The translations under genes were made by a program, and so were the position numbers. Positions 49,101 through 64,000 of a DNA stretch of 64,000 bases are shown here, piece by piece. The notes beneath the pieces were generated by a model. The model made no database searches. It saw only the letters and a list, made by a program, of their open reading frames with translations, and was not told the DNA's origin. The first letter of the stretch is position 1. Each line of letters starts with the position of its first letter. The stretch comes from Blasia pusilla (lineage: Eukaryota): assembly GCA_050084515.1 (NCBI GenBank), contig CM114271.1:4092001-4156000 (forward strand). The letters are read 5' to 3'.

Positions 49101-52100
49101 TGCAACATATAAACCTGCCACAAATACCCACATTTGCAGCAATAGCCAACACTGACTATGTTCGTCAAAAGGTGCTAGACAACCAGATGGAAGTACAATA
49201 TTCCACTGCCTCACTCATCCTGAAGAACTTGAATATCAATTTAAATAGACAAGCAGCTTTTGGGAAGCACTTGAACACATATATTCATGTCATACAAGAG
49301 AATGAATGGACTGGCAAATAATCGATGGGGACTGAAGATGGCCATGGGACTTGAATGGCAATATTCACAGTACCAAGGTATGCCCGACCATGCAAGATAA
49401 GTGACGACCAAAGAGACGAAACTTGCAGGAACCCACCTTTTCCTATGATAGTGAAGTTGACACGACCACCAATGTGAATGGATGGATTTCTTGGGCTTAC
49501 AAAAGCGCCCACTTTGATCTGCAGGTTCAAGATTATCAACAGTCTTCATCATGTGCACAAGGAATGACAACCGAGTCCTTGGAATCCTCAACCAATATTA
49601 ACCTTAGAAAACTTTTATACAGGAGAGTGAAACAAATCGTATCTTTGGACCAAGAACACCAAAATCATGTTATGGCCAATTATTTACTCATCTACATAGA
49701 ACTGTGTCACAAGGCCTGGGCTAATGTGAAGTTTTCTTTTGTTGACGCTTTATCTAACATCAACTCTTTGAATTCAATGTTTACCAGGATGAAGTCAGAA
49801 ACTTGTGGAAGACCCTTGTAAGATATGCGCACAAGGGCTGTCCCTTGTTGTAGTGCCTGCATGCCACCAACAATGTCAGAGGAACATGATCGTCCTAATA
49901 ATTTCTCATCTTCTTGTACCATGCAGCAAATGTCGTGACCTTGGACAAAATCCTCTGTATTGTTCCTAGATGCGTTTCCGGAATGTTACATCACCTTCAG
50001 TATAAACCATAGTCAAACCACACACCCTAGCCAGAGTTGAACAAACACAATATCAAAAAACCCATTTTCAGTTACCTGAACAGTTATGCTGGGGCTGCAA
50101 GACTTTTCATGATGCTCACATTCTGTAACTTTCGCTGTTACAATATCTGCTCGATTTGTTTCCAACACCAGGAGAGTAGCCCCCACACCAGACTCATAAA
50201 ATGGCGTTCCTGAATCAGGAAAGAAATGTGTCACTAAATAGAAACTATACTGGGAGTTTAAATGTGAAATTCTCAATAGTGAACATGAAAAATCCATGTA
50301 CATATTGATCCATTGAAAGGACACTTAGTAAACTGCAACCCGCCTTAGAGGCGTTTGAAGGAAGCTTACCAAACTCATCTGCGAGAGTGACAATATATTG
50401 CTGACTTGAACCAACTGAAAGCTCCGCAACATGATGTGGGAAGTCATTCCTACCAACCATCACTTGAGCAACCTATATGGAATCATAAAGAAGTAAGTAA
50501 AAAGCATCTAAGATTAATCTCTGTCCGTCAAGGTGAAAAATTCAACATCAGTTGAGAACTCTTGATTTTATGCAATAATTGTTAGATATTCAAAGCTCTT
50601 CCTGTGGATTATGACAAGCATCCAAACTAGTAAGTTGTATAAGAAACCCCTACCACATCCATGGTACTCAAAAGAGTAAGAAAACTAAACCCTATGGGAA
50701 ACTCCACTCTTTGAAATGGGCATGTAAGAGATAGCTGGTGATGCCATCCACACATCTCATCCAATGCCTCCAACACCAGCTAGAATGAGTTCTGGTTAGG
50801 ATCGCTTAACTTGGGTTATCAGATCCTGCTACTGCTGTTGGTGAGACTACTTCTCAGAGGACTCTCTCCTCACCCTTTCATACGTATGATTGGATTTTCT
50901 TCCTTGGCTGCCCTTTGTTTCTTTCTTGATGGGCTATTTCATCATGCCTCAAATACCTCCTTCACCTTCAAGCTAGTGAAGTTTACAACATAGAGAAAAA
51001 ATCCTGAGAAGCTCACCTCTGCCACTCGAACACAGGCTGCAATTTCAGCCCGCCCAGTGTTGCGATCCCGTGCATGAATGCAAGCCACCTCTAACCTCTC
51101 TGAGGTGCGGATCCTCCCATCCTCCGATACACTGATTACACCCATGTCACTGCTTCCTTCCTGTTCAATGTCCACAAAAGGCGGAACGCATTGTGAGGAG
51201 ACTCTTATAAACTAGAACTACTGTCAGACAGGTTAAAGGGGATTCACATGGTAACTGATTAGATGAAGAGCTTTAACAGTTAAGGCATATATACATAGTT
51301 ACACTAAATTTGCTATCATCTACTGGTCCCGATATTCCAGATTTACAATATCCATGTGAATAAGAAATATGTCTAAAATTACACAATAAATGATATAAAT
51401 TTAGAGGACAACAATCCCCAGTCATGAAACCAAGGTTTCCCATAGTATGAGCCACTTAGCAGCTAAGCTTCATACTCACATGCATGACTGTGTACAGGAC
51501 ACTTTTGGTGATGCTTCCCCCAGAGTCCATTCGAGCAGGAAACTGCCCAGTCCATTGAGGGAGCAGATTTGACGAGAGATAATGAGGTCGGAGTAGCCAT
51601 GTGGCAGGTATGCCAAGGGCTAATGGGGGATCAGGCACCACCCAAATAGTGTCTGACGCAGTATACGCTTTTGACTCAATCCCAAAGTTACATGTAAATG
51701 ATACAGATACTTTGGCTCGTCCTGCAGATCTGCAAACTCAGAATCACAGATAGGCATTTAAATAAATGGGTCATACTATGAGGAGATGCAATGAAAGAAC
51801 CCAACAATTAATACAAAATAGTGTTGGGATTAAAGATCTTCTCATACAAAAAAATCCCGCTACAAGGTCTCAAGGATGATCCTGTATCATAGAAACAAAA
51901 CATGTGATTAAACTGAGTGCAGTATAAGAGCCGCGGAAGCATCATCAAGATCCAAACTTTACCTGCCAATAATTCTAGCAGAAAATCCTTCCTCGGTCCC
52001 TAAGAACCCTTCATGCCCATAAACATGGCTTGACAATGCTTGCTTTCTATGAGCAATATCATTTGACTCCAATTCAGTCCCATCACCATTCCTGCCAAGA

Positions 52101-55100
52101 CCCTCTGCATGCCGAAAGACTAGGACCTGCATGAACAGATCATTAGAGAAAGAGAAATTAAACCTCCAAGTTGCTTACTTATGAACTAAGACGAAAACCT
52201 GGGCTGGTAAGACATGAGCTCCAAATACTGTGTACTTGGGTACCTCACCTGCTCGTTAGTGATGGACCACTTGTAATCGCTACATAGTGCAGAGAATGAC
52301 AGCAGATCTTCCTGTAAAATGATAGCAGATATAGATTAGTTACACTAATCTACATGGTTGATATACAGCAGACGACTCCACCAATCAAACCCACTTTGAA
52401 ATGGGCCGGAAAGAAAGACAGGTAACACACTAGCTTATCTATCCCTCACCCAAATCACTAAATAGAATTCCACTATAAGATAGTGCCAAAATTGTCCCAC
52501 GATTAGCAGCAACAGGCCAAGCTCAGGGTCTGATCCCATGAAAGCCGAGTGTCAACACTCCACCAGCCTCACAGATCTGGTGGCCATCATACCATCCCAA
52601 GAGAACTGGCCTTGCAGAAGGTCACATGTTGTTGTCTAATACAAAGCAATTAAATGTCCTTGAGTCAAATTTGATTTCCAGCCGCAGTGGCGAGCAGAGA
52701 CTTGTGTGGCACTGGGTCAGGTCTTGAAATGTTGTCAATAGCTGACATTCAGTTCCCCAACCCTTCGTCCAGTGAATATGCTAAAAACAGAAGTGAATGC
52801 CCTGCAATTTATGGGACAAAAAATAGTTGGCTACCCCTTGACAACCAGACATACCTCAGTCCCAGTAGGGAAAATTGACATTTCCCTGTTCACACCGAGC
52901 TGCCCTCCTTTGACATTCAGAACTGGGTTGAAAAGCACTTGAACACGCACTTCCGTGGAATCCTCGGTGATTATAATTCCCCCCTGGCCTCGTGCTTGAG
53001 CATGGACTGTCTGAGGACCACCAAAGTCAAGGCTCCAAGATCAGACCATCATACCATCCGTTTCAGTACAAACTAATGAACTTTCCACAATTAACAATAG
53101 AGATTGTCTGCAACTCTCGAGAGAACTTTTTCCTTTGCAGAAATTTGTAAGTAAAAGATGTTACAAGAAGATACATACCACACTACCAGGCATGTTTGCC
53201 TGCAGCCTGCCAGTCAACCTATCAACAGCAGCAACCTCTGTGTTGGAGGTTGAAAACTCAATAGAAGCTCCCACCCGTGGACCACCTTGTGCAATCAACT
53301 GGTTGTTGCAGAAATAATCCCACATAGTATTAAAACAGGCACGCACAAGTAGTAAAACTGAAAATACTAGTGCTTCGACAAAATAGGTGCAGAATCCTAA
53401 AGCTAACCACCGATTAGCTATATATTGTCAACAAGTGCACATACAGTTGGAGGGGAGTGGTGAACTTGAAGAGATTGTACCAAAGCTACTAGAACCAACT
53501 TTAGAATTTTACTGGTGACATTGTATGAGACTCCAGAACATTACTTACCACATACTCGACTCCTGGAGAAATCACCAAAAAAGGGGGATGTATGGATAGA
53601 GGAGCGAAAACAGAGATCCTCCCAAACTCACTGAGAACTTCCTGACCGGTAGACTTTTGAACAGATACCTGTAAAAGTGGTGAAGAGAATATTCAGCCCC
53701 GCATTCTTACTCAGAACGTGTGAGAATAATAAGCAGAATTGCTTTTACTACAGTATCAAGTGAAGCAGGGCAGAAACATCCACACATAAAATATGGATGG
53801 GAAAAAGCCCATCAAGGCATCACCATGGGGGCACCCAAGGAGTCAAGAAACATCAGGGTTACAACCAGCTGAGGAATGATCTTAGAGCCAACGAAAGTAG
53901 CCATTCCCAGAATTACCAACTGAAAGCAAAACAATTTACGCCAGCTGTGTGCTTAAGACAGACTAGATCCACCTTCCGATCACAGGTTTGTGAAAATGGG
54001 CCAAGCTGAAGTATTTACATGAAGAGTTGTAGTGAGGCCCACACTTGCTCCACGGATCATGAATATATTCGCATTTACTTCCCCTGAGGCTGATCTCGGC
54101 ACTTTCACAACCTCCACAACCTCATCTTGTGTACGAACTTGCACATTCATGAATGCCAACTTGGAAAAAAACAAACAAGATATGAGATCAAGGTTGTCTT
54201 GCCACACTGCTTCATTCAATACTTATGAAAATGGTGCTGATCTCCTCTGAATATAAAACTAGACGCCATCTCCCGTGTTAAATTGTATGCTCCTTTAAGA
54301 AAGTGTGGCTACGAATCCACAAAGAATTATATCAGGACCCAACAAATACTTTGATTAACTGCTACAAAATACCTGAGATGGATGAAATGTGTTTCCTGCC
54401 TCATCACCAGCTTCAAGCTGAATTGTCATATTTGAACCTAGCTGCATGGAAGAACATGACAATGGGTTCTTATGATCGACCTAGAAAGTGCTAACATGAG
54501 GAAAATCTACTGCCACAAAAAAATCAAAGTCAAATTTCAGCAATCCAGGAAATGGCCTCGGGAGAATCTGGAGTAGACAATGTGGAAAAAAATTTCTCAA
54601 GTTGTTTATTCTAAGTAGCACTTGCATCCAAATGTCTGGATTTACCCCTGCCTACCAGAATGCTTGCATCTTCAGGGATAAGCATCTTGACCCAGGCAAC
54701 GTCAGCAACAGAAACCTGCACACATCCTTTCCAATCTCCTGAGAACCTTTACTGAAAGTATAAGTAAAACCACCTGAGATCTGTCTTACACTATCTAACC
54801 AACGATCTTACTATCCAAGATCCTTGGTGAGGATAAGTAGTCAACAAAAGCTTCTACAATATATCCTACAGATGACAATTCAAACAAGATAGAAATCACC
54901 TACATAAGTCTGTGCTTCGCCCAAAGTTCTTACACAAACTTTCTATACAGTGCCTAAGACTTTTTAGCAGACTGAAAGGATTGATAAAATGTCAAAAGCT
55001 AGTATTTAAAGTTCAGTACACACCACTCCAGATGTTTCAGATGGCGTTGAAAGACCAACATCCCGGACATTGACAATAGTTGAACCTAAACCCTTGGCAC

Positions 55101-58100
55101 CAACCACGAGCTGGAGGCGGCCCACAGTAGGAGGCTGATGACTCAAAACAGCAACTCTGGGGTCTTGGACCTGACTCTCAACATCAGAGGTACCTCCTAA
55201 CACCAAAAAGTTTGCCTGAAATGCAGATAGGATACCATAAACCTCAGACGTAAACCTAGCAAAAGGACACTTACAAAAATCAAGACATTGTATTGACCTT
55301 CAAATAATCTCCAAGATTGCAATTCACATGACCCTGAATATTGACAATTACCATATAAACAGACAGTAAAGAACAAAGAAACCAAGAAATCAAAATCCAG
55401 GGCAAGAGCCTTGAGCAGCTTATGTGATCTGATGCAAACATCACTGGTTAGTACTACAACAAGTCAAGATTTTGAGAACGGGGAGTTTTGTTGCATATAC
55501 CTTGGCACTAGGGTGTAAGAATAGGAGTATCTTTTTGGGTTCAAGACGTAGGGCGGTCACAAGCTGCCAAAGAGCAGAGACAAGAAAAGCAAGTAGTGTA
55601 AGGCAGGTACAAGTCAAGAAAGCTCTGCTTTGGTAGTTGGAACAACTGCTACATTACGATACAAGGATGCTTGCAAACTCAGAAGCAACTCACATCAGTA
55701 GTTCAGAATGGGAATGACCAGATTCACTCAAAATATAACCAAGAGCTACAATGCCTGTCGAACCTGCAAAGGAACTGTGTCTCTTAGTAGTGCTTTTGAC
55801 AATGCCAACAACTTGCCCACACGGGACAGTGTATGTGTGTCCACAAGAGTGCCCGGAATAAGTTCATGAACTCCAACCCCTACAAGACACTGTCCAGAAA
55901 ACCAACACGTCACTCACACAGCACATAATAAAAGACCAATCAAAATCTGAAAAATGACATGATTATGGACAACCCACTAGAGAAGTGGCTATAGACGCAT
56001 ACCACAGTGAGTAATAACATTCCCTGTGTGAATACTTTGAATGACCCTCATTGTGTGAGAACATTAGGCCAAGGAATCTCAGAAACACCATTTATCAATC
56101 TTTACAGTCAATACATAGTTGTCCGTGAATACCTCTCCTGAGATGGTGCCAAGCGTAAGATACCTCTCCCAGGACCCATCTTCGTGTGACAAATCCGATT
56201 TCTTGGCTGATTGCCAGTGAGCAAGCCCACTGCACTCACTAATAGTCCAACCCAGGAACAATGAAGATGCATTTGCAAAGGGCCTGGTAGAGGTCATAGC
56301 CACCGCAGAAACTCGAATTGTACGACTATTTATGACAGTAAAAGGAACTGTGCGGACACGGTTCCCATCACGTTCTGCTTGAGCAGCACTCTTGATATGA
56401 TGCAGGTTGTTCTCTGCCATTAAATTCAAAAGCCACTTAAAAGGTTAAATCCATGGTCCTACAGAGTTCAGTTGCATGACACCAGTAATAAAAACATAAC
56501 ATCTACTTTATTGAATTCGCAACTCCAGAATGATACTGAAGAAAACAAGTAACTTTTACAAAACTTACCTGGCTCATCAACAAGGAGAACAATGGACGAT
56601 GGTACTGCGCAGATAACAGGCAGCGACACAGAAGCTATAGCTCGTTTAGGGTGATCATCACCAACCAAATTACCACGATGGAACGAAAGTGACTGCAATA
56701 CAATTGCTAGAATTAGTGGGAACCACGTTGAACATCTGCCCAGAACAGTCAAAAAGGTAATCTAAAATATGCCTTCCGCTGATGAAAAAAGCTACACTAT
56801 TTCAGAGACCTCAACTATCCTTTTGAAACAGAACAGACTGAGGCAGAACGGGCAGAAAATCCAAATGCACCTAAGATTAAGTTTGCCATATTGCAGCTTC
56901 TTTAACCAAACCACGACAAATAGTCCAGAAGAGGAAAATTTTAGGCAAGCACCCACATGATTCCCCAAACCAGTGCATGTGAGTAGGTAAACTCTTCCCG
57001 CACCCTCATTTAGCTGAGTTACTGCTACTCCAGAAGAGTTTCCTCCACCTCGACCATCATCCAGGCAGGATTCCACGAATTCAACACCTTGACGCCATCT
57101 TTCTGGACCTCCCAGCACTTTTACTCTCATGCTGCTCCCCATTGTGAGCAGTAATTCTTTCAAAATCCCATGAGAAAGACTTGAGGAATCAATAACAGCT
57201 TCCTTATCACGACCCTTGACAGCATAGCCACCAAACTGGTTCCCATCTCCGACCTGTTCTATTGACAAGGGCATGTAGGCAGCAATTGTCCATGACGTTT
57301 CCAAGACTGGCTGATGCACGTCAAGATCCTGGGTACTGATGAGAAATTTCCTGATGTCTAACGAGGCTGTAATTGTAGCCCGACCTCCTCTTGTTGCTAG
57401 AAGCAGAGCCCATGCACATGCACTGGAATGTACGCCATCAATAGACTGTGTTTCCAAGTCAGCTAAACCTTGGGGTCCTGATCCTGATTGTAGTAGTGGG
57501 AGGATCTTACTCGTCTTGTTCAGTTGCAGGAAAGCGTTTTCACCCCCAAAGATCTCCCACTGTACAAGGGGACTGAATGAATCACACTGAGAGTAAAATT
57601 TGCCTGCATTCCCAACAATTCATCAACACGCAATGTAGAGAGAGTAAAAAAACGGAACCATGTCACAGAGATAAGACTTTCGCCACCCAATAGTACCAAA
57701 CGTCCTTATGCACCATCTTCATGAGCTCCTAATAATTTCCAGGCACTCATGCAATACCTTGAATCTAGAAATAGGAAAAGTCCAAAGTCACACATTGAGA
57801 CTACTGCGCCAGCAGTGCAGTTTAAAACTATATCAACACTGACCTTCCAAAGTATGCAAGCTGACAGCAACTGGAAGTGAAGATGGAATCTCAACTTCTA
57901 CTGACAGCCCAGGAACAACATTCATGTATGCTGGTATCGAGACCTCAATAGCAACCTGGAAAATCAGCAGCAAGAGCCTCAATTGGCATTCACATCAAAG
58001 GCTATTAGGCTAGTTATGATCTGTAAAACTCAGGCTCATAAATTTTGTTTTTACAAGTTTTGTATTACTGGATACAAAACTGTGAATATACAAGTGCATA

Positions 58101-61100
58101 CGCCTGCACATCTCTTCACAAGAATAAAACAGACTGCACCCATTCATAATACCCGTGATACTCAGATAGACAATGTCATCAGAAAAGAAGGCAGTAGTGT
58201 TGAACAGACCACAAGACTAAACTCTGAGTCAGATTTTACAATTTTCATTCCATCATATCTTGTGCGAGGTTCAAGCAACCCAACTCACCTCATCACTGTT
58301 CAGAGGATCCCGAACAGGAGAGACACGAATCAAAGCTCGACCCAAACCGTGAGATTTAACAACCCCGAGTGCATTGACTGTGGCTACTGTGGGAGTTGAT
58401 GATGACCACCAATAGTCTGCTGGTTTTTCTCCACAACCTGGTTCAGTTTGTACAAATCCAACCATCAATTTCAAGGCAAACTCAAATGTTTTTTGGGAGA
58501 TTCTCATTAGCACTTCTACCGCTTGGTGTCCCCTGAAATGAAGAAACATGAAATCCAAAGAAAACAGAATATTTTTTATGTTGATGACAAGATAATGAAG
58601 AGAATAGGAAATATTGTGGCCATTGAATCATATTTTCACCAATTCCAACTTGTTTGCTGATTAACAGTCCAATTTCATAAACTGAGCTGAAGGGTAAGAA
58701 CAAAGAAAGGAAGTCTATATATATACCTCCTTCCACAGATAATCGGTACTGTTGAGCATGCCCAGGGATCCATGGAAGTAAGACATGACCAGAGTCATCT
58801 GTCGCAGGCACTACAATACGAACTGGACTGCACACTCTCACCTTCTGTTCCTCCCTCAAGATCTGTAACAACCAAATCAGATGCAAGAGGATCAAACCTC
58901 TTGATTCCAAGCTGAGACACTATACTAGGTTACAGTCCTATCACAACAGATCCTGGTCACAACACAGCCAAATTCCTGAAACTTCCTGGATGTTATAAAA
59001 TCTTAAGTTTTCTGTCATCTTAACAAACACACATTTATACAAACCCAATCTAAAATGAAAGAGAACCACCTGAAACACAAGATTTGGACCTGCAATTATC
59101 ATCCAGCATTTGAATGACGATGAACTTTCAGAGGAATATCACAGCCAAAGTTTCCAAAATTATTTCTAGAACTCCCAAACATGTATTACCTCTTTGTTAG
59201 CAATCGCCCACTCTCCAGTGACAGCATCCTGGACCATACTTCCATGAGCCAGTGTGGCCACTAAGGTACCAGTTCCCTCCTTGATAGTATGAAGTAGGGA
59301 ACAATTTTGCCAACCCTGCTCAACTGCCACATCCTCAGGTATATTGTCAACAACCCAAACACCTTCATTTTCATATACCCAGCTCAAGTCGTTGTCCTGT
59401 ACAAGTACACGATAACAATAAGCCTTTTCCTACCACTTATAGTAGCTTACCAACTGCCAACGTTACTTAAATGGCATCTAAAATGAAAGTTATATTGGAC
59501 TTGTAGCAAACCATTCCTCTACAGCTCTACAGAATGTGGGTGTCCATGATTTCCAACTTAAACTACAACAGTCTCCAGATTTCATTCAAAGCTTCACTGA
59601 AAACTGAAAAGCCTCTAAATCACTGATACAGGACGTCAATTGAAATCTAGGGACTAAAGAGAAAGCAAAGTCAGATCACACTGGCTGTACCTTGGTTAGC
59701 TGTAGTGGATGAGTACCAGATTCCCATGAAAACGTGAACACTTGTACCACATACTTGCGACCAACAACAAGTTGCCAGGGGATGTCTGAGGAGGTGATGG
59801 AAGATTCTTTAGGGCTTATGCGAACTCCGTTGGCAGACAGAGGAGTCAAAGATAACCGCAAGCTCACTGGAGTTACAACATGCACTGTGGAAGTCTGCTG
59901 ATGCCCAGCAACTCTTGTGTCTTCAACCACCACAGTGGTGACTCCATGAGTTCGTCCAACTACCCTACCCATGAAAGGGTCTATCTCCGCCACAGATGAG
60001 TTAACAATAAACCAATGATGATGTGGAGAGGGTAATTCCAACACTGCAATCACCAATGCAATGGATAAGATTTGAAGTTCATTAAAGAAGAACACCAATT
60101 AAAATCTTTTCACGAGTGGACAAACAAAGACCATGCCTAACAAGAAGGAAAGGTAATACAAACACAACAGTTTGCAATCACTTTGGTGTGCCACACCCAT
60201 GGCACTACAAAGAGCAGGCATCATAAACAATAAAGTATAATTGAGTGATCTCCAAGACCTTAGTGCAAAATTAGATGCCACTCAGATTAGACCTTTTCGT
60301 ACTTAAAGAAGTTCACATAAGATCAAACCTGTTGCCATATTCCGTCGCACAGTTTTCAGAGTGAATTGCAGGTGCGTGCCAGGGATTATGTAAAGAGGTG
60401 ATGGGGGCTCCAGAAAGACAGCTTCAGCAACTGTCAAAACTACCACATCCATTAAATCTTCAAAGTGTGGCTCCAATAATTGTGCCGTGATTTTCTCTTG
60501 GCCTGCGCTAATTCCTTTGACCACATACAGGTCAGAGTCAAGTCCCTGCAGAGATAGGAATCCAGCCAATTGAAGAATCAATTCCCAACCTCAGAACTTA
60601 TACAAGTCAAGAAAATCACATTATTAGATCTTTGACTGAACTTGGAGAAGCTATATTCCACTGAACTTGCCTCATTGATATAATGACAGAAAGCATATGA
60701 CATGCAAAGTGCAACCAAAAATTACATGCCCCACAGCTTTAGCTGTCCAATCTAATCCATCAATTCTTGGAACCCAAAGAAGATGGGAATTTCTCAGATG
60801 GACAAGGTTTCCTAGGGGCTTCAGGAAGTATTTTACAAACCCAAGTATAAAAAGACTACCCCGACTCATAACAAAGCTGAAAACCACTTACGGTCTGCTC
60901 CAGCTGAATCTGAGTTTGAATTTCTTCATCCTCCAGGGCTGTATCCTTCAAGGGCACATGTGTCAATCTGTGGGACACAGAATCACCAGATGGATTTACA
61001 GGGGATAGCTGCCACATAAATTGCAACCCAACTAGAGAAGAGAATATGTTATCTGCATTAACACAGTCCCACTTTCAGTAACAATATAATACCAATATGC

Positions 61101-62406
61101 TACAATGCCTTTCACAGCCACATCTCAAATACCGACGTGAGAGAAACCCTTCACCTTCCCATTACAGATAAGTAACCCCTATCATAATCAGGCAAATTGC
61201 TGCATTAACTAAGAATCCGAGGGGCATCTGCCTGTGCAGGCCTCCCATGCGACATCCACTGAAAGAGAACCACAGAAACTGGGAAACAAAGCAAAAGAGA
61301 GTAATAAATGCATACCATGGGCCCCACAATACTTCACCACAATTTTACTTCAAACGTTCGTTCAGTTCATTTCGTCACTGTTTTACAATTCTATTCAATA
61401 CCCTCACTTTTTCTTCAGTAGGGTCATTCATAGAAGTTTCCCTCAAACCCCTTGTACTTAATCTCGGAGGAAGAAGCACAGCGAAGGACTTCTTTTTTAT
61501 TTTGACAGGAGGAAATTGAATACAGACTCGAATGTTATGTGGACATTCGACAGAAGCTGAAACCAGCTCCTCTGAACAGCCAGGAGTTAGGAAAAGTCAA
61601 AATCTTGGATGGCAAAAAATGATGGAAGACTGTCCTCATCAAGTAGTGCCTGCCATACCCTTTCAACCAGACATTGCACACTGGTAGAACACTGCTAGTG
61701 ATTGCGATGGATGCAGAAAGAGAAAATTTTAAAGAGGGAGACTCTCTAATGTAAAAATGCCAGAGCTGTCAAAACGCTAAAGAGGCAGAAAGGTGGAGCA
61801 CGATAGCTTTACATCGGATTTACTGGGGCATATGAGTCCACAAATACCTTCAGAATCAAAAGCTCGAATGCGCAACGTCGCCAATCCATCGAGGTCCAGC
61901 TTCAATGAGTGGTGAAAAATCTGAATTCGAGCGATTTTGTCCACAAAAACTTCACATCTGAGCACTTGTCCAGAAACGAAATCAGTTGCATGCACAGCAG
62001 TAGCTCTCCGCCCTGCGAATGGGGCAATTGAAGTGAGCACAGCACTCGTCGAACAGTGCCTGACAGTGCCATTGTACTCCGGCTCCACACTCAGAAGGTC
62101 ATGATGATCCCAAGACCTGCACAAGTTTCCACGCCAGTCAAATTGAAGAGCTATGAATTCCCGCTACTGCAAGCATACCAAAGCCAGAAACAGATCAGGG
62201 AATTACCAGGTGAAGCAACCATTGGACCCATGAAGACTATAGCGAACCGGACGAGTGGTTCTGGGAGGGAGCAGCAGATTGAGGCTGCTAATGTGTGGGC
62301 CTTGATGTCCTTTACTCAGTCCACCCTCTACCAGACCCGGAAATCCACATAACAGCACTAGGAGCGCGATAACGACCACCTTTGGTAGCAATTCACTGGT
62401 GGGCAT
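46194..62406 (-). CDS. GP210: Nuclear pore membrane glycoprotein GP210 (NUP210), more than 30 exons
   Basis: Signal peptide followed by GPHISSLNLLLPPRTTRPVRYSLHGSNGCFTW|SWDHHDLLSVEPEYNG...RCEVFVDKIARIQIFHHSLKLDLDGLATLRIRAFD. First exons are 62406-62207, 62116-61848, 61052-60891 and about 60546-60330. Many beta-rich Ig-like exons follow. The last exon (46527-46194) has a TM helix (ILTAVVLVVALLVLPLILC) and the tail TPPPRPYTEYVSKTIGNTPYYKREGIRRFDPSRTY typical of plant GP210. Not every internal junction was resolved. Confidence 0.93.
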
Positions 62407-63616
62407 ACCACTGCCCATTCTCTCTCACTTTCATATATCAATCGTCACTCACTTTCTCAGCTCAACCTCGAGCTAAGACCTTAAACCTGCACCTCCACCT
62501 GCCTCCATTCAGAATTCGCCTGCCTTCCTTCGAATCCTCCACCACCAAAGCAGTCACACTCGGCTAACTCGCAGAGCTCCAAGAACGCCCACAAACCCCC
62601 TCGATTCCGATGACTGCACCACCTCCAGACGTAGCTACAAATAAAACTTGTGGCTCAAAACTAAACTCCATTCGAGATTTCATAAACCCCCACTGCCCAG
62701 CCTATACACATTGTTGTCCTCCTGCTCCTGAGCTCGATTCCCAGAGACCCGCAAAACCCTCAGATCCCAGACGCGGCCCAAAGTGAAATCCGTGGGCTCA
62801 AACTACGCACTCCTGTCCTGAATTCACAGGACCCCACATTGTCCTCCTCCTCCCTCCTCTCCTTCTCCTTCGAGCTCGGGTCGCGACCCAAAATAAAACT
62901 CTCTGTGGTCTCACACTCCTCTCCTGATTTCACAGAGCCCCCCTTCCCAGTCCACCCTCCTCCTCCTCCTCCTCCTCCTCCTCCCTCTCTCCTCCTCCTG
63001 AGCTTCCACCGACCACCTCTGACCAGCCACCACCACCACCACCACAAGCGCGCAGCCGAAACCGGAGCTCAATCGCAGCAGCCCACGCAACACTTCTCCT
63101 CCTCCTGCAGCTGCAACTGCTGCGGCCGCCGCAGGAGATCGTTCAAGAAGTCGTCCGAGCGCGAATTGCGAATCCCGCCTGCGATCTCCGCGGCGCTGTC
63201 TGCCTCTGCGCGCAATTCCACCGCAACGTCTCCGTCGCGCCGCAAGACACCGCCCAACAGTTAGTCTGCCGCTCCGCTGAGCTGGAGCAGAATCCCGGAA
63301 CGAGAGAGAGAGACGGCAGTCGATTTCAGTGTCGGTGTTCAGTCAGTGCCCCTTCTTCCCTTCGATTTCCAATCGCTGCGTTCGACATAACGAACGGACA
63401 AAGAAAGAATGAATGACACACAGAGAAAGAAAGAAATAACATGCACTCGAGGAAAAACGTGATTAACGAAATCATTAGCAAACGAAGTTAGTGGTTAGTC
63501 CCAACTAGAGCGATGGAGGGAGGGGAGAATTATGGCCGTTAAGGGCTTGTGGACCGATCCATGGTTCTCAAAATAGTCATGGACATTGTCCGTGAATATT
63601 ATTTTGCATGGACTTG

Positions 63617-63779
63617 TCGATATAATTAAAAGAGGATGGTGGTTACACTCCAACTTTTTGCCTCTAATAGAAGACTTAAACTAACGTACAAGAAGAGCTA
63701 AATGAACAAGATGAGCTACATTAACGAGATGTCTTTCCTGTTGGGTGATTCTCATTCGTGAGGAAAGACATTATGCTAG
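63617..63779 (+). mobile_element. Short Helitron derivative (same family as 19765-20120)
   Basis: Starts TCGATATAATTAAAAGAGGAT, shares the subterminal block, and ends CATTATGCTAG|T. Confidence 0.5.
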
Positions 63780-63942
63780 TGTATGTTATTATCAAATGGT
63801 GAGAGTTTGACATTCCTGAATTTAAAAAGACCACTTGTCCTTTTAAATTCAGGAATGTACGGTTGAATTTATGTCTATCTATCATAAATAATAAGTTTTT
63901 AACAAATTACTTTTGGGAACTTGGGCGTTTAGGGTTATAGGA

Positions 63943-63979
63943 ACCGTACATCGCACGGTCTCTCACGGATCCTAACTAG
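63943..63979 (+). mobile_element. Helitron 3' terminus
   Basis: Hairpin ACCGTAC-ATC-GCACGGT followed by CTAG|T at 63976-63980. Confidence 0.6.
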
Positions 63980-64000
63980 TGTTGTTTTGAGTGTTGTCGT

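Noticed and set aside
62760-63264. Poly-Pro/His and poly-Gly/Trp ORFs
   Set aside because: Products of (CCT)n and (CAC)n microsatellites in the GP210 5' region.

Overview
Eukaryotic nuclear DNA from a land plant; a bryophyte-grade lineage is an inference from the gene and TE content. Three intact host genes sit in GC-richer islands separated by AT-rich decayed transposons: an intronless organelle-type mTERF gene (+, 3422-4873), a six-exon nuclear-speckle RNA-binding protein (NSR-like, single RRM) gene (-, 16462-18658), and a multi-exon nuclear pore glycoprotein GP210/NUP210 gene (-, 46194-62406). The TE blocks include a decayed Helitron (about 22173-37017, Rep/PIF1 helicase pseudogene with introns) that carries a nested Ty1/copia element (23677-29132, AGTAG target-site duplication, TA..CA LTRs). 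There are also several short non-autonomous Helitrons, two decayed CRE-like non-LTR retrotransposons and a Ty3/gypsy integrase remnant. The most interesting unexplained signals are non-coding. The NSR-like gene has a U12-type intron inside its RRM and a 3'UTR intron followed by a dense, strand-biased UCGUG cluster around a candidate splice donor, which suggests an autoregulatory splicing/NMD module. A second signal is a homotypic TACCAYRGT cluster upstream of mTERF. No tRNA, rRNA or CRISPR array was found.
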